This document shows, piece after piece, positions 37,251-50,721 of a DNA stretch of 64,000 bases. The stretch's first letter is position 1. Each line of letters opens with the position of its first letter. The stretch covers positions 98,676,409 through 98,740,408 of the forward strand of contig NC_083413.1 of the NCBI RefSeq assembly GCF_020745735.1, written 5' to 3'. The notes under the pieces were generated by a model. That model was given only the letters and a program-made list of their open reading frames with translations. It had not been told where the DNA came from and did no database searches. The stretch comes from Hemiscyllium ocellatum (taxonomy: Eukaryota). Made by a program: the position numbers and the translations under genes.

Positions 37251-37559
37251 AAGATACCGAGTGCCACCCTAACACCGTTAAAATCCTCCCACCGCCAATC
37301 GAACAAGTCTTACTGGAGGCGACGGTGACGTTAACCTGCGTTGTGTCCAATTTTCCATCTGGAGTCAGCGGGACCTGGAAGCAAGAAAAGAAGCTTCTGA
37401 AAACCGAGATTGCTGACCAGCCTGGACAGACTCCCGACAGCGTGATCAGCAAATTAGACATTTCTACTGAAGCCTGGCTGAGTGGTGTTACTTTTGAATG
37501 TGTGGTGTACCATCAAAATCTACCGACTCCGCTGAGAGACTCCATCCACAAGGAGAAAG
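37251..37559 (+). CDS. IGHM: IgM Cmu3 exon (+ copy)
   Basis: AG/GT bounded, 309 nt, open: [42 protein letters not shown]. Confidence 0.97.
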
Positions 37560-37916
37560 GTGAGCGGTGAGATTAAAACACAAAGCATCCCATGTGGAAT
37601 CCAGATCCAGTTACATCAATGGCAGGCTTTCATTGGTAATGAACAAACACCGTTGGGAGCATTAATGATGCATCTGAAGGCAGGATAACTAAGTAGCTGA
37701 TAAAGAAAAAGATGGACCAAAGGATATTGTATTCTGATTAAGTCAGATAAGGTGGGAAGAAACCTGGGGTGTGATGTCACCATCAGCAATGACAGTTGGA
37801 CAGAATGCCCTTGTTGTGGGCTGGAAACATGGAGGCAACTTTCACATTAAACTTTACTTGTTTTACTGAACAGAATGTGTACTCTTTTAGAAAACGAAAG
37901 TGAATAAATCCCAAAT

Positions 37917-38116
37917 NNNNNNNNNNNNNNNNNNNNNNNNNNNNNNNNNNNNNNNNNNNNNNNNNNNNNNNNNNNNNNNNNNNNNNNNNNNNNNNNNNNN
38001 NNNNNNNNNNNNNNNNNNNNNNNNNNNNNNNNNNNNNNNNNNNNNNNNNNNNNNNNNNNNNNNNNNNNNNNNNNNNNNNNNNNNNNNNNNNNNNNNNNNN
38101 NNNNNNNNNNNNNNNN
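37917..38116. other. Assembly gap (200 N)
   Basis: Exactly 200 N, probably a placeholder length. Confidence 0.99.
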
Positions 38117-38439
38117 GTGCACCGAAATTTTGGTCTGTTCACATTGTGTCAGCATCATTATGTGAATATGCCACTTCATTGCTGCCTATGCTTATCTTGT
38201 AATGTCTTTGTGAGGGTTCACTTTTCATTAGTGCTATCTAAAATGTGTGCTTATGTGTCTGTTTCAGGTCCTACCTAAACTAGGTTATTTTCATGTTTAT
38301 GCTTAATAAATGTTAGCATGCAAAGTCATGTTTTGATGGATGTTTATATTTATATGATGATGTCTGCTTGTGTGGCAATCTTTCCCAAACCCTCTCCTGA
38401 GAAGCTTGTTTGTGTTACTGTGTGTGGATGCTTGCTGAT

Positions 38440-39050
38440 GCTTGTGCTCATTATCCTCATTTAATAAACGCCCCTCTATTTATTGATCTATGCACTTGTG
38501 TGTCTGCATGTGAGACTCGGAATTTGTGTGTACGTGTGACATTGTATACATGCTGATCAATGTGGTTTAAAAATAACTAATTAAGCTGCCTCTGTCATCG
38601 TATGTTTGTGATTCTGAAAATGGGAAAATAATGATATTAATGTTTATCTCTGTGCACTTATGTGCCTGTGTGAGTTGACATGTGGGAGGACATTTTTTGG
38701 AATTTGTATCTGTGTGTTCATGCGTGTATGTCTGTACGCATTGTGCTGTATGAATGTATATGTATTCATGCCCATTCGTGTGTTACCGTGTGTCTATATT
38801 TCTCATGGTTAAGTGTGAGTACCCTGATCATTTGTGCAAATAATTTTCTTTCGGTGTATGTGAGTTTTTGTATGAGCTTAGGTGAGTGTTCAAGTACCAC
38901 TTGCATGTGTGGCTCTGTGCGAGTATGCGTGTGTGACATCTTATCTGTATGCACATTTGAGTGTGCACATCAATATGTGTCTTTAGGTGAGAGCCCATAT
39001 ATGTGTCATTCCGTGTGTATTTGCGATCATCTCTCTGTATCTGTTTTTAT
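38440..39050. repeat. Degenerate TG/CA-rich low-complexity tract
   Basis: Dense tgtgtg/tgtatg/tgcatg motifs; unpaired in the inverted duplication. Confidence 0.75.
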
Positions 39051-40169
39051 ACCAGGCTGCAATTTTTATTATTCTAATTTATTGTTCTAATTTTAATGGA
39101 TTGCCTATAATTAGATTTGACCTTGGTGTTGTAGGAAACATTTCCCATCGTCGTGAAGAGATAAGCGTTTTATGAGCAACTCTTCTGTTGCAGTGATAGA
39201 ATTTCTGTCTCTGAGAGAAAAGGCGTGAGTTCAAATCCCCACTGCCCCAGAGATAACATTTCTGAATATGTTTATTAGAAAATGTCTACTTGTGTTCTGT
39301 ATGTGAAACAAAATGGTATCAGGTATTCGAATACCAGAATTGATCCCATGTGCTCCAGAAAACTGAGACAAAACTATAGAATTCAAACCGGGACAATGCA
39401 AACACCAGTTTTGGATTAGGGGAATCAATGTTAATCATTTGTTAACAGGGCCAAGCGTGTCCAACATGTTTCAAAGGTATTATTTTGCATGGAAATGTTC
39501 AATCTTTGGACAGTAAGCAAGAAGCTGACTGTTCCTGTTGGTAACTGGGTTACATTACAGAGGACATCGACCATGAAAACTCTGCACAGGGAGCAAGAGG
39601 ACAGACCATTCATCGTTCCCCTCCCCTCTGCTCCACGACAACTTATCTGTCATTTCTCTTTGGTGTGAAAGTGAAGATATATTCTGTCAACTCATGCGCT
39701 GGCGCAAGATCCCTGGCAGTTCCCCAGAAACAACGGTTACATTCAAACTGTTCTGCACTCTTTACGATTGGTATGTTCCAATCAAATTTAATTTGAAACT
39801 GTCTTAAATTTACATTTCCAATTGGTGCAATGTGGCAGTTTAAAACTGACATGAATTTTATAAGAATGTCCAATCAGGGGAATCAAGAACACCAAGTTCA
39901 AAACTCGTGCTCTACCCTTGACATAAAATGGACATTGTCAGATTTTGTCACAGAGGGATTTAAGATGGACAAGGGACTTGGCGGAATCCTGCAATGAGTG
40001 AGCTTTACTCTGTCTCTGACCCAGGGTGTATCTGAGCAGAGAACATTAACTGCACAAGACACTTGTCCTAGACCTGTTAATAACCCACTTTAACTACAGA
40101 GATGGAATGGAAGTCAGAGTGAGAAACAACTCATTCAGTATTTAACTCACAACTGGAGGAAAAAGAAAC

Positions 40170-40216
40170 TTTATTACTTCTGTTGAATTATTAAATGCAA
40201 CTTTGAGATTTTTATT
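40170..40216 (-). terminator. Secretory-form polyadenylation signals
   Basis: AATAAA at 40216-40211 (overlaps the stop codon) and at 40175-40170, the latter followed by T-rich gtttctttttcc. Confidence 0.8.
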
Positions 40217-40603
40217 GACATGAATTAACAGTGTCCATCAGTGCAAGTGAAATGTTTACGAAACTCGGTTTACCGCTGGATTTATCGACTGTTCTGTTGA
40301 TGATCTTCAATGGAATCGCTTCATGTCCCACCACACAGGAGTAAGAAGCACCGCTGGCCCACTCCTCCGCTGTAATGGATAACAGGCTGTACATGAAGAA
40401 GGAAGTGTTGTCACTCTCCGCCATCACCTCGGTGTTCTTGTAGTTACTGGGATTCACCTGCTTGTCATTGTTTGTCCACTTGACGAAGATCTCTCGGGGG
40501 GAGAAACCTCTCACTAAACAGGTGAGGGAGAGAAACCTCTGAGCGGAGATTTCTTCTGTTGGTGGCAGGAGGACCGACACTGATGGCTCCAGCGGATTAA
40601 TCA
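40212..40603 (-). CDS. IGHM: IgM Cmu4 plus secretory tail (- copy)
   Basis: Acceptor tctgcag; [60 protein letters not shown]; tail has NIS glycosylation site and penultimate Cys; internal G|GTAAAC donor for the membrane form after 40274. Confidence 0.98.
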
Positions 40604-41050
40604 CTGCAGAATATTTGAGACAAATATAAATCAATCAAAAACATCCTGAACCAATATCACAATTTCACTCAATATTAAAATATGCCATTTTTAATTTGGG
40701 ATTTATTCACTTTCGTTTTCTAAAAGAGTACACATTCTGTTCAGTAAAAAAAGTAAAGTTTAATGTGAAAGTTGCCTCCATGTTTCCAGCCCACAACAAG
40801 GGCATTCTGTCCAACTATCATTGCTGATGGTGACATCACAACCCAGGCTTCTTCCCACCTTATCTGACTTAATCAGAACACAATATCCTTTGGTCCATCT
40901 TTTTCTTTATCAGCTACTTAGCTATCCTGCCTTCAGATGCATCATAAATGCTCCCAACGGTGTTTGTTCATTACCAATCAAAGCCTGCCATTGATGTAAC
41001 TGGATCTGGATTCCACATGGGATGCTGTGTGTTTTAATCTCACCGCTCAC

Positions 41051-41359
41051 CTTTCTCCTTGTGGATGGAGTCTCTCAGCGGAGTCGGTAGATTCTGATGG
41101 TACACCACACATTCAAAAGTAACACCACTCAGCCAGGCTTCAGTAGAAATGTCTAATTTGCTGATCACGCTGTCGGGATTCTGTCCAGGCTGGTCAGCAA
41201 TCTCGGTTTTCAGAAGCTTCTTTTCTTGCTTCCAGGTCACGCTGACTCCAGATGGAAAATTGGACACAACGCAGGTTAACGTCACCGTCGCCTCCAGTAA
41301 GACTTGTTCGACTGGCGGTGGGAGGATTTTAACGGTGTTAGGATGGCACTCGGTATCTT
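41051..41359 (-). CDS. IGHM: IgM Cmu3 exon (- copy)
   Basis: 309 nt, intact splice sites; 3 amino-acid and 2 silent differences from the + copy. Confidence 0.97.
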
Positions 41360-43326
41360 CTATGAAACAAAAATCAAAGTCAATGAAAAATGCCCCTTTC
41401 TGATACAAACACCCAATCTTCAGATTACTTCTTCACAGGGTGAAGACACCACCTTCAAAATGGCAACTCCAACCATTGCTGAAACAATGCTTACTATTGT
41501 TGATGTATTTTGATTTGTGAAAGCATTTGTGATTACCTATGACATACCCTGTGTAATTATTCCCAAAGAACACTGGCTTTGTAACAAGTGAAAGCTGTGA
41601 AAAAAGTAAAATCATCGAAGATACCATGATGTAACCCATGGAATTACCTTTCTTTCAGAGTTTGTCTCTCACTTAAGACCATCTATTGATACTTGTGACA
41701 AGAGTAATCTGAATATAATGAGTTCATTTCCATGTTCATAACCCTTAGGTGCAAGTGCTGTTGGTCACACTGACTGCCAAATCACATCCCAAATTTTGGA
41801 CAAATTATAAGAAATAATAATTATTCTCTTTACAGAGTTCTAAAGTGCTACAGGAGCAGTGAATATCCATGGAAATTCTGTTCATTATATTTAACGTGAT
41901 CAAAAATACTTTGCGTTATTGGTGTGATGTCATTCTCTGATTTATGTCATTGTTCCTCGTGGGCTGAGTTTGGAGTAGATCTGAAAACAAGGCACTGAGT
42001 ACAGCATTGGATATCGAGAAGGACACCCATCTCCTTAAGTCTTTCCCTCCATTCAGTTAGTTCATGACTGGTCTGTACTTTCACTTTATTTACCAAGCTG
42101 CATTTTTTAATTTCTTCATAGAGCAGGGGAGAAAAAAAAAACAAACAAAAGCGTCTTAAATTAATCTACAAACGTGATGGAAATGTACACTAATTTTATA
42201 GACATCCACTACCCACTGTTTAAACATCGCCACCCCAAACCAGGCTAAATCAGCCTGTCTCGAGTTCCTCGTTCACTCATCCCTATTGTAGCATTCTTAC
42301 CAGAATTTATTCTCCTGCCTCTTACACTACTTACAGAGAGCATCTTAAAGAGGCTCAGTGAGACCACGTTTATCCCAGTTCATCAAATGTGATACCCACT
42401 TGGTCTGTGGTCTGATCCCATAAATGAAGTTAAAGAGCTCAGTACCAGATAAAAATCGATGTCGTACAATGTCCAAGGCCAACAGGTCATTCCTGAGCAG
42501 GGAGTGAAGCATTGAATGCATTTTGATTTATTTTCAAGTTAGGGTCACTGCATATTTTAACCACATCATTTTGAGACCACAACATCATAAGATAGAGGAT
42601 CAGAATAAGGCTGTTCGGCCAATCCAGAGTTTAGATCAGAATGATGCTGGAAAAGCACAGCAGGTCAGGCAGCATCCGATGAGCAGGAAAATCGACATTT
42701 GGGCTAAAGCCATTCTATGGTCTTCTCCCCACACTAAACAAGAACCGATCCATCTCTGGCTTGAATATACACAATGGCCTGGTCTCCACAGCCCTCTGCA
42801 GCAACAAGTTCCACAGATTCATCACCCTCTGGCTGAAGAAATTCCTCCCCATCTCAGTTCTAAACGGTGCCCCTTTGACCCTGAGACTGTGCCCTTGGGT
42901 CCTAGTCTCGCCTACCAGTCAAAACATCTATTTACATTCACTCGACCTCAGTCTCTCAGTATTTTCTATGTTTCAATTAGATATCTCTCCAATATCCCCT
43001 CCACCCCCAAACTTATCCTTGAAGCCACTACCAGGCAAGGATTCATCACTCTGAATGCTTCTCCCAGCATGGTCAGGCAACAAACTATTTAACAAAGCTC
43101 ACTGTCTATATATCTACCTTCAACAGAGAGGAAACATGCTTTTCTGACTTGCCAAAATGTTGAATTATGAGCAATACTAATGTAACATTCAAACTGAAAT
43201 GAGATACGTGACATGCTGGGAAATGAGAAGCTGTACCGTGCTGTTTACTACGCCTGATAAATTAGTGTGTTTGATTCACATCAGAGTTCAGAGTGATTTG
43301 TAGCTCTCCCAGTATGTGTCTCTTAC

Positions 43327-43638
43327 CCTGGAGTGCTGTGATGTTTTTACTTTGAATGTTCTCTTCGTGAGTGACCTGGCAGGTATAGACTGCGCTGTTG
43401 TACCATTCACCATAAGGGACCATCAGCCGACTCGTCACCGAGAAGTTCCCGTTCGCCTCACACACGGGAGACGTGAAGAAGCCAGAATCCAAGCGTTGGC
43501 CATTTTTCAACCAACTCACGTTAATTGTCTTCGGATGGAAATCGATGATTGAACAAACGACAGTTGCAAACTTGCTGCTTGCGATTTCTTCACTGGAGCT
43601 CACAGTTAGGAAAAGAGTTGGTGGGAGAGGACCTGTAC
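43327..43638 (-). CDS. IGHM: IgM Cmu2 exon (- copy)
   Basis: 312 nt, intact splice sites; 4 amino-acid and 2 silent differences from the + copy. Confidence 0.97.
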
Positions 43639-46600
43639 CTTTAGGAAACACATCGCATAAAAGTTATCTGATGAATTTCATAACAAATACAATCAGTTCT
43701 CATATATCAAGGTTTCTTGTGATTAATGGATACAAGAATCATAATTGTGCAGAGTGCTGGAGAAGTTGGGATCCACACAGAAAGATCATCAGGACAATGT
43801 GAAAGGCTAAAATTATAGGACACAGCAAGGGAGTCAAGGAGGCATAGAAACTATAGGCCGGTAACATCAGAAGGGAGATAGCAACATTGGATGGTATTTA
43901 ATGACAGAGTCTGATGATCAAGGCAGATGAATTACCGGCATAAATGAGGAAATGATGCTGTTGCTATCACGGAGACATATTGAGAGCGGGGCAGGAGTGG
44001 CTATTCAATTTTCCAGGATTTAATGCCTTCAGGCGAGACAGGGAAAGATGGAAAAGGATGGGGGCAAGGGTTTGCGGCACGGAATGTTGCTTCTGTCACA
44101 ATTCTGACAAGAGTATTTTAGGCTGTAAAGAGAAATAAAATCATAGATACCTCCTCGAACAAAGGCAAATGGACAGTACTTCAAAACCAAAATACAGCAA
44201 ACATAACTACTGGGAGAGCACGATAGGCCTTACTATAGGTCCAAAAGACCAAGTGCAAATACATGGATAAATTCCAGAGATATGTAAATTAAATAGGGGA
44301 ATGAGAAAAGAGGTTTTTAACTTCCTCAGCATAGGCTTGGATATTCATTTTGTCTAACGTTTAGAGGGAGCACAATTCTGAAAATGGCCCCAGGAGAATA
44401 TTTAAACAAAGTATGTGTTAATATAGAAAATTTTAATCCAGACCTTGCAAGAGAGGGGTGAACCTGAATTTAACTTTTGGGAATGAAGTCGACCCATTGG
44501 GTAAAACATCAATGGTGGTGCACTTTGCAGACAGTGATCGTAAATCAGTTGGATTTCAGATTGTACTGCAAAGGAATAGACATTGGCCCAAAGTTCTGAA
44601 AAGGGGAAGGACAATTTTAGTAAGATCAGGTAATGACTTAACCAGAGTGGACTGGAAGCTGACACTTATTGGTAAATCTGAGTCAGAGCAGTGTGAAACA
44701 TTTAAGAAAGAGACAGGAAAATCATAGGGAGGACATTTCCCAGGAAGCCACTGAATGGGACCAAGAATGTAACGTGCTCTGGACACCAAAGGGCATGGAG
44801 GGTGAGATAAGGAGAAACAAGGGAGGCTTCCTGTCTATACTGAAATCTCAAAACAATAGAAATTAGTATGGAGTACAGAACGCGCAAGGGGGAGTTTGAA
44901 AGACAAAGGAATTAGAAGAGCAAAAGGGACCATGAGAAAATAATAGGAGTCAAAATAAAGGAAAATATTTTTAAAAGTTACAGGCTCATTCATAATAAAA
45001 GAATAATTCGGGAAACAGTAATGCCCATTAAGTGTTATTATTGGAGTGGAGCCGGAGGATTAGGTTGTGGTCAAAACGTATGTGTTGTGTCAGTGTTCAC
45101 TAGTAAGAGGGACAATGTGGGGACAGAAATCATGGAGGAGTGTTGTGATGTACTTTCAGAAATTAGGACACATGACGTGATGTTCTGTGTTGTCTTGCTA
45201 AATGAAAAGTGGTTATATTTCCAGGGCAGATGAAAAGTATACCAAGCGGTTGAGCGATGCAAGGGATGAAATAGTTGGGTCGCTAACAATAATTTAGAAT
45301 TACTGTCTGGCCACAGCAGTTGTGCCAAGTGAGTGTAGATCAGCCAACGTTGCACTGTTACGCAGGACAAAGGAAGGGATAAATAATGAAAACACAGATC
45401 TGTCAAGCTAGTCTCAGTGGTAGGGAAACGATTGAAAAGTGAAATTAGTCTTCATTTGGAAGATAAATCAACAATTTTCAGCATAGTTTTATTGAGAGAA
45501 AGTCATGTGTAACAATTTGATAGTAGTTTTCAGAGAGATAACTCGATGTCCAGATGATAGCAATAATCAGAGCCAATGGGATCCGAGTTAATTTGACAGA
45601 TTGGATCGAGAACTGGCTGAGTGATGGGAGCAGGGGATAATAGTCATCGGGTGTCTGGGTGACTGGGAATCTATGTCTCCTGGTGTTCTGTAGGGATTGG
45701 GGTTGATTTCCACGTTATTTCTCTTACATACCAATGATTGAGACTCAAATTTAGGAGGATTAACCAGTGAATTCACAGATGAAATGAAAACTGTCATGTT
45801 GGTAAGTCATGAGCATTATGGCTTTAGATTGCAGGAGGATATAAAAGGGTTGGTTGTATGTGAAGAGAATTTGCAAATGGAAATTATTCTGGATAAATGT
45901 AAGGTAATGTAATTCGGCAGAAGAATCTGTGAGGTATGACATTTTGAATGGTGGAACCCTGGAAAGGCCTGAGGATCTTTGGTGCATGTACCCACCGATC
46001 CCCTATAGTACTGTGTCGTCTGGATAAAGAGACTAAGGAGGTGGGAGGATATTTGCTTTTATTAGCCTAGACATTGACAATGAAGAATCGGGAGATGATA
46101 CTGGAACTTGATAGAACACTGGTTAGGCCATACTGAAGCGTTGTGTGCATGTTATCGAAGGAATGTGATTACACTGAAGGCAGTATTGATTAGATTTGCC
46201 AGGATCTTGCCTGGGTTGGAGGGTTTTAGTTATGAAACTAGGTGAGATAGACAGGGGTTTTCCTTGAAGCAGAGGAGAATTAGGGAGAAGATTATCATGA
46301 TGTCTAGAATTATTTTAGGCATAGACTGGGTAAACTGGATGAAACCTTTCCCCTTGATGGAGAGATCAATGCCTCAGGGGCACAGGGTGAAGGTAAGGCC
46401 AGGAGGTTCCAAGTGGATCTCAGGGGAAAACAAAATCAAACAGAGGGTGGTGTTAGCCTGGAGCTCAGCACCTATAAGTCATGTAGAGACTGAGCCCCTC
46501 ATAATAAGTATGAAGTATTGAGATGCATCCTTGCAAGGGCAAGTCACACAAGGCAATGGATCATGTGCTGGCACATGAGACTGGAATAGTTAGGTGGCTG

Positions 46601-46741
46601 TTATTGATAGGCGTAAACTGGATGGATCAAAGGGCCTTTTTCCTGTGCTGTATAAGGGGATACTGTGAAAATGGTTATAAATAATGCCTTATTCATATTA
46701 ATGCCAGATGCTCTGTTTATCTCAGTTCCCACAATACGTAC

Positions 46742-47050
46742 CTGGACATGGCATTTCTTTGCTCTTGTGTGACCCGCTGTGTTGAACCTCACAGTAGATT
46801 TTGCTGGGGCAATCTACCGCTGACCCGGGCAGGGTTAACTGGCTGCTCAGGGTGTAGGTTCCCTTCTTGTTTCTCACTGATGGGTAAGTCTTCAATCCAC
46901 CATTCGTGATTAGCACCCCACCTTTCTTCCAGGTTACCTTGGTGACTTCTGGGGAATAGTCCATCACCAAACAACCAAAGATTGTCGAACCGGTGCTGTG
47001 CTCCTCACAGGAGGAGACCAGGCCATAAAGCGTGGGGGGAGATGGTGTCT
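46742..47050 (-). CDS. IGHM: IgM Cmu1 exon (- copy)
   Basis: 309 nt, intact splice sites; identical to the + copy by manual comparison. Confidence 0.97.
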
Positions 47051-48142
47051 CTACAATAGAATGACCAATTGAGCATGTTAGTTTCTGTTAATTTGACCTT
47101 ATCAGTTACTCAAATGTATCCTCAGCTGTAACCGTTTGCCAGTATGCTCCCGCTGAAGTCTACAGCATAACTGGAGTTTATTTTTGTTTCCTACCAGTTG
47201 CTGATCATGATCATTGGTTCCCTCTTGAGAAACATGCCCTCGACCTTGACCATTGCCATATCATTTAGGAAGAAGAACATCCTGATCCCACCCCAGTAAC
47301 TGTTTGAAGATCTCACCAATTGACACTTTCATTGGATTGCTGTGAAGAGCAGAGAAGTTTCACAAAATACAAACCAAGGAAATGCAGATTCATCGAAATT
47401 CTACAGTGTGTGCAAACAGGCCATTTGGCCCAACAAGTCCACACCCACCCTCTGAAAAGAAACGCATCCAGACCCATTCCTCTACCCTATTATGCTACGG
47501 TTAACCCTGACTAATGCATCTAACCTCCCAATCACTGAACACAACATTTGCAATTTCCCCAGCTTGTACAGATTTGGACTGTGGGAGGAAATGCACACAG
47601 ATATGGGGAGAAAGTGCCAACTCCACACAGACAGTTACCCGAGGCTGGAATGGAGCCAGAGTCCCTAGCACTGTGAGGCAGCAGCGCTAACCATGGAACC
47701 AGCGTGCCGCCCCACTAGGTACCGTGCTGCTGGAAATACCCAACAGCTGGCAGTACCCCCGGAGAGAAATCAGAGTGAATCATAGAACATAGAACATCAC
47801 AGTGCAGTGCAGGCCCTTCGGCCCTCGATGTTGCACTGCCCTGACATACTAATATGAAGCCCATCCCACCTACACTATTCCATGTACATGCATAGGCCTG
47901 TCCAATGACAACTTAAATGTACTTAAACTTGGCGAATCTACCACCATTGCAGGCAAAGCACTCCATACCTTTACTACTCAATGAGTAAAGAAACTACCTC
48001 TGCTATCTGTCTTATACCTATCTCCCCTCACTTTAAAGTTGTGTCCCCTCGTGTTTGCCGTCCCCATACTTGGAAATCAGGTCCAGTGAGCCTTCCTCAC
48101 TTATCAATGTAAGACAGAATGTTCTCTCTGGGAGGAAGGTCA

Positions 48143-48168
48143 CAGCAGCAGCAGCAGCAGCAGCAGCA
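48143..48168 (-). repeat. (CAG)8 microsatellite, mirror of 30445-30479
   Basis: Direct count. Confidence 0.95.
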
Positions 48169-50721
48169 CAGGCAGGAGCTGAGCACTGGGACGGGGAGGA
48201 TGGCTGTCACGGCTGAACTCAGGCCAATTGTCTGGAAGTTGAAACAACTAATTTACAATTATCTGAATTCTGGAGGCCTCTGAAAAATGGAGGACCATTA
48301 AGGTTCAGAGACTTTGGAGTGTTACAGCTGAGTATTTATGTAAATATGATTTGAGAAATGAACAAGTAATCTTTAACTTTAATAACTATCAAACTGATAC
48401 GCAGTTCACCACCAAACCTCATCTCTCAGACTAACCACTGCACTTACTCTGCCTAGACCTAAATTTCCACTCACATTGACAAACCCCACCCTGCTATACA
48501 CCCATTCATGCCCGGAACACACAACCCCCTATCACACAAAACACATCCAAGGCAATCCATACTGACAGTGTAGCTGAGCAGAGAGATCTCGGTGCCCATG
48601 TACACAGATCCCTAAAAGTTGCCAGCCAGTTTGATAGAGTTGTTAAGAAGGCATACTTTGTGCTGGCTTTCATCGATAGAGGGACTGAGTTTCAGAACCA
48701 CGAGGTTAGGTTGCAGCTGTACAAAACTCTGGTGTAGCTGCACTTGGAGTATTGTGTACTGTTCTGGTCGCCACATTATAGAGAGAATGTGGAAGCTTTG
48801 GAAGAGTTCAGAGGAGGTTTACCAGGATGTTGTTTGGTATGGCGGGAAGGTTTAATGAGGAAAGGATGAGGGTCTTGAGGCTGTTTTTGTTTGAGAGAAG
48901 AAGGTTGACTTAATTGAGACATAAAAGATAAACAGAGGGTGGACAGTGAAAGTCTTTTTCCTTGAATAGTGATGGCTAGTAGGAGAGGACATAGATGACA
49001 GATGTCAGAGGTTGTTTCTTAACTCAGAGAGTGGTAGGGGCATGGAACGCACTGCCTGCAACAATAGTACACTCGCCCACTTTAAGGGCATTTAAAAGGT
49101 CATTGGATAAACATATGGATGAAAATGGAATAGTGTAGGATAGATAGGCTTCAGATTTTTACACTGACCTGTGGAAGCATCGAGGGCTGAAGGGCCTGTA
49201 CTGCACAGTAATGTTCCATATTCTATATTCCAGATGGACATATGATCTCAATTCCTTTCAGTCATTTACACTCCTGCCGCCCTGGACCTGGTCCATGGTG
49301 AACCTGGCCCTGACTGGACCTGACACCATCATTTCCACAACCTCTGACAAAAGCCCACTACCCAAGACATGACCTCAGTCCTTGATCACTGACCTCTCAT
49401 CTTACCCAAGACAACCTGTGCACATTGCATCCTAGCTCCTTTGGCATCTGTGCTTCACAACCTACCATTTTGCCAGACTCCGAGCTTTGCATTTTGACAA
49501 CACGTCCACCTGTCACTTCATTACAGTGACCTTCCACCCCCTGAAACATCCTGGCACCCTGCCCATCTCTACACTAACCAGCCTGGCATCCTGCCCACCT
49601 CTCCATAAACCAGCCTGGCAAAGACAGACCTCCTGCCTCAGCTCAAACTACCCCTCACCTACCAAGCACAATTTGACCAAATTATCCTGTGACCATTACC
49701 GTTTCCCTTGATGCCACCTTGCCAGACAGAGTGCACGCAAGCTTACCCAGCAGCCAGCCTACCAGCCCAAACTCTCCCACATGCCCAATCTAGCCCCTCA
49801 CTTGCTCACCACCTTCCAACTTTGAGCCTACTCCACCATAAAGTCAGTGAGACATAAAGTCGTACAGCACCGAAACAGTTCCCTTGGTCCAGCCCAGCCA
49901 TGCTGACCAGAGTTCCCAAATTAAACTCATTCCACTTGCCTGCCTTTGGCCCATATCCATCCAGACCGATCCAGTTCCTGGAGCTGTTCAAATGTCTTCT
50001 CAATGTGGGACCGATCTCTGCACTTACCGCTTCCTCTGGCAGTTCATTCCAATGTTTTGGACAATTACAACATGAAGCCCTAACTCCTGCACTCAGTGCT
50101 CTGACCAATGAAGGTACGTGCGCCAAACACCTTCAACACACTAGGTACTTGAGACAACGCTTTCAAGAATCTATGAGTCTTGAATCTATGAATTTCTGTG
50201 GTGGAGAATTCCAAACGAATTCACCATTCTTGTGTTGAACAGTAAACAATCAGGTTCAATGCTATCAGTGTGTTGGGAAGATTGATGAGCAGCAAGATTA
50301 ATGAAGATCCCATGAATGGAATAGCCTTCTAGAGAGGCCGAGATGCCTTCTTCAGCTTCCATTTTGCATGCTGACATGTCCGTTCGGCAGCATATTCCAA
50401 AATTGTGATCCTTGAGGATAAGGGCACACATGCATGTGAAGCTTTCCTCCATATCAGACTTCAACTTAACTCTCAACTATTTCCCTGCCCGTTTCCTCTT
50501 CCTCAATCACAGCCATGGGGCTCACTTCCTAACAGCACTGTGAATGTGCTAATACCACACAAACTTCAGCAATTCAAATAGACTGATGACAACTGGTTTC
50601 TCAAGGCGATATAAAAAGTCTGACACTTCCACACCTGTCTCGAGATTCAAACAACCACTAGAAGAATTGAAAATTATTTGAGGCACTTGTGTGTCTACAC
50701 AAGATGACATGATTTCCTTTT

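Larger units (their letters stand above)
14577..37916 (+). repeat. Left arm of >=23-kb inverted duplication (IgM cluster, + copy)
   Basis: Reverse-complement match to 40694-64000 at both ends (14577<->64000, 37916<->40694) and at every exon checked; roughly 98-99.7% identity depending on segment. Confidence 0.95.

Noticed and set aside
31572-37559. Extra cysteines in Cmu1-Cmu3 (VDCP, MPCP, PVCE, TECH)
   Set aside because: Present in both copies and in line with normal inter- and intra-chain bonding of shark IgM; no evidence of novelty from this window.
38680-39090. 136-aa Cys/Val-rich hydrophobic ORF as a possible membrane exon
   Set aside because: Translation of TG-rich low-complexity DNA; lacks the conserved Ig transmembrane motif and is on the wrong strand for the adjacent Cmu4.
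19657-40603. Alternative isotype calls (IgW, IgNAR) or a germline-joined gene
   Set aside because: Four C domains with the [20 protein letters not shown] tail, a CH1 with a light-chain Cys, a conventional VH and fully separate V, D1, D2 and J indicate unjoined IgM.
42523-43092. Longest ORF in the window (189 aa)
   Set aside because: Antisense read-through of a CR1 tail and a short repeat; the mirror copy is not open over the same length.
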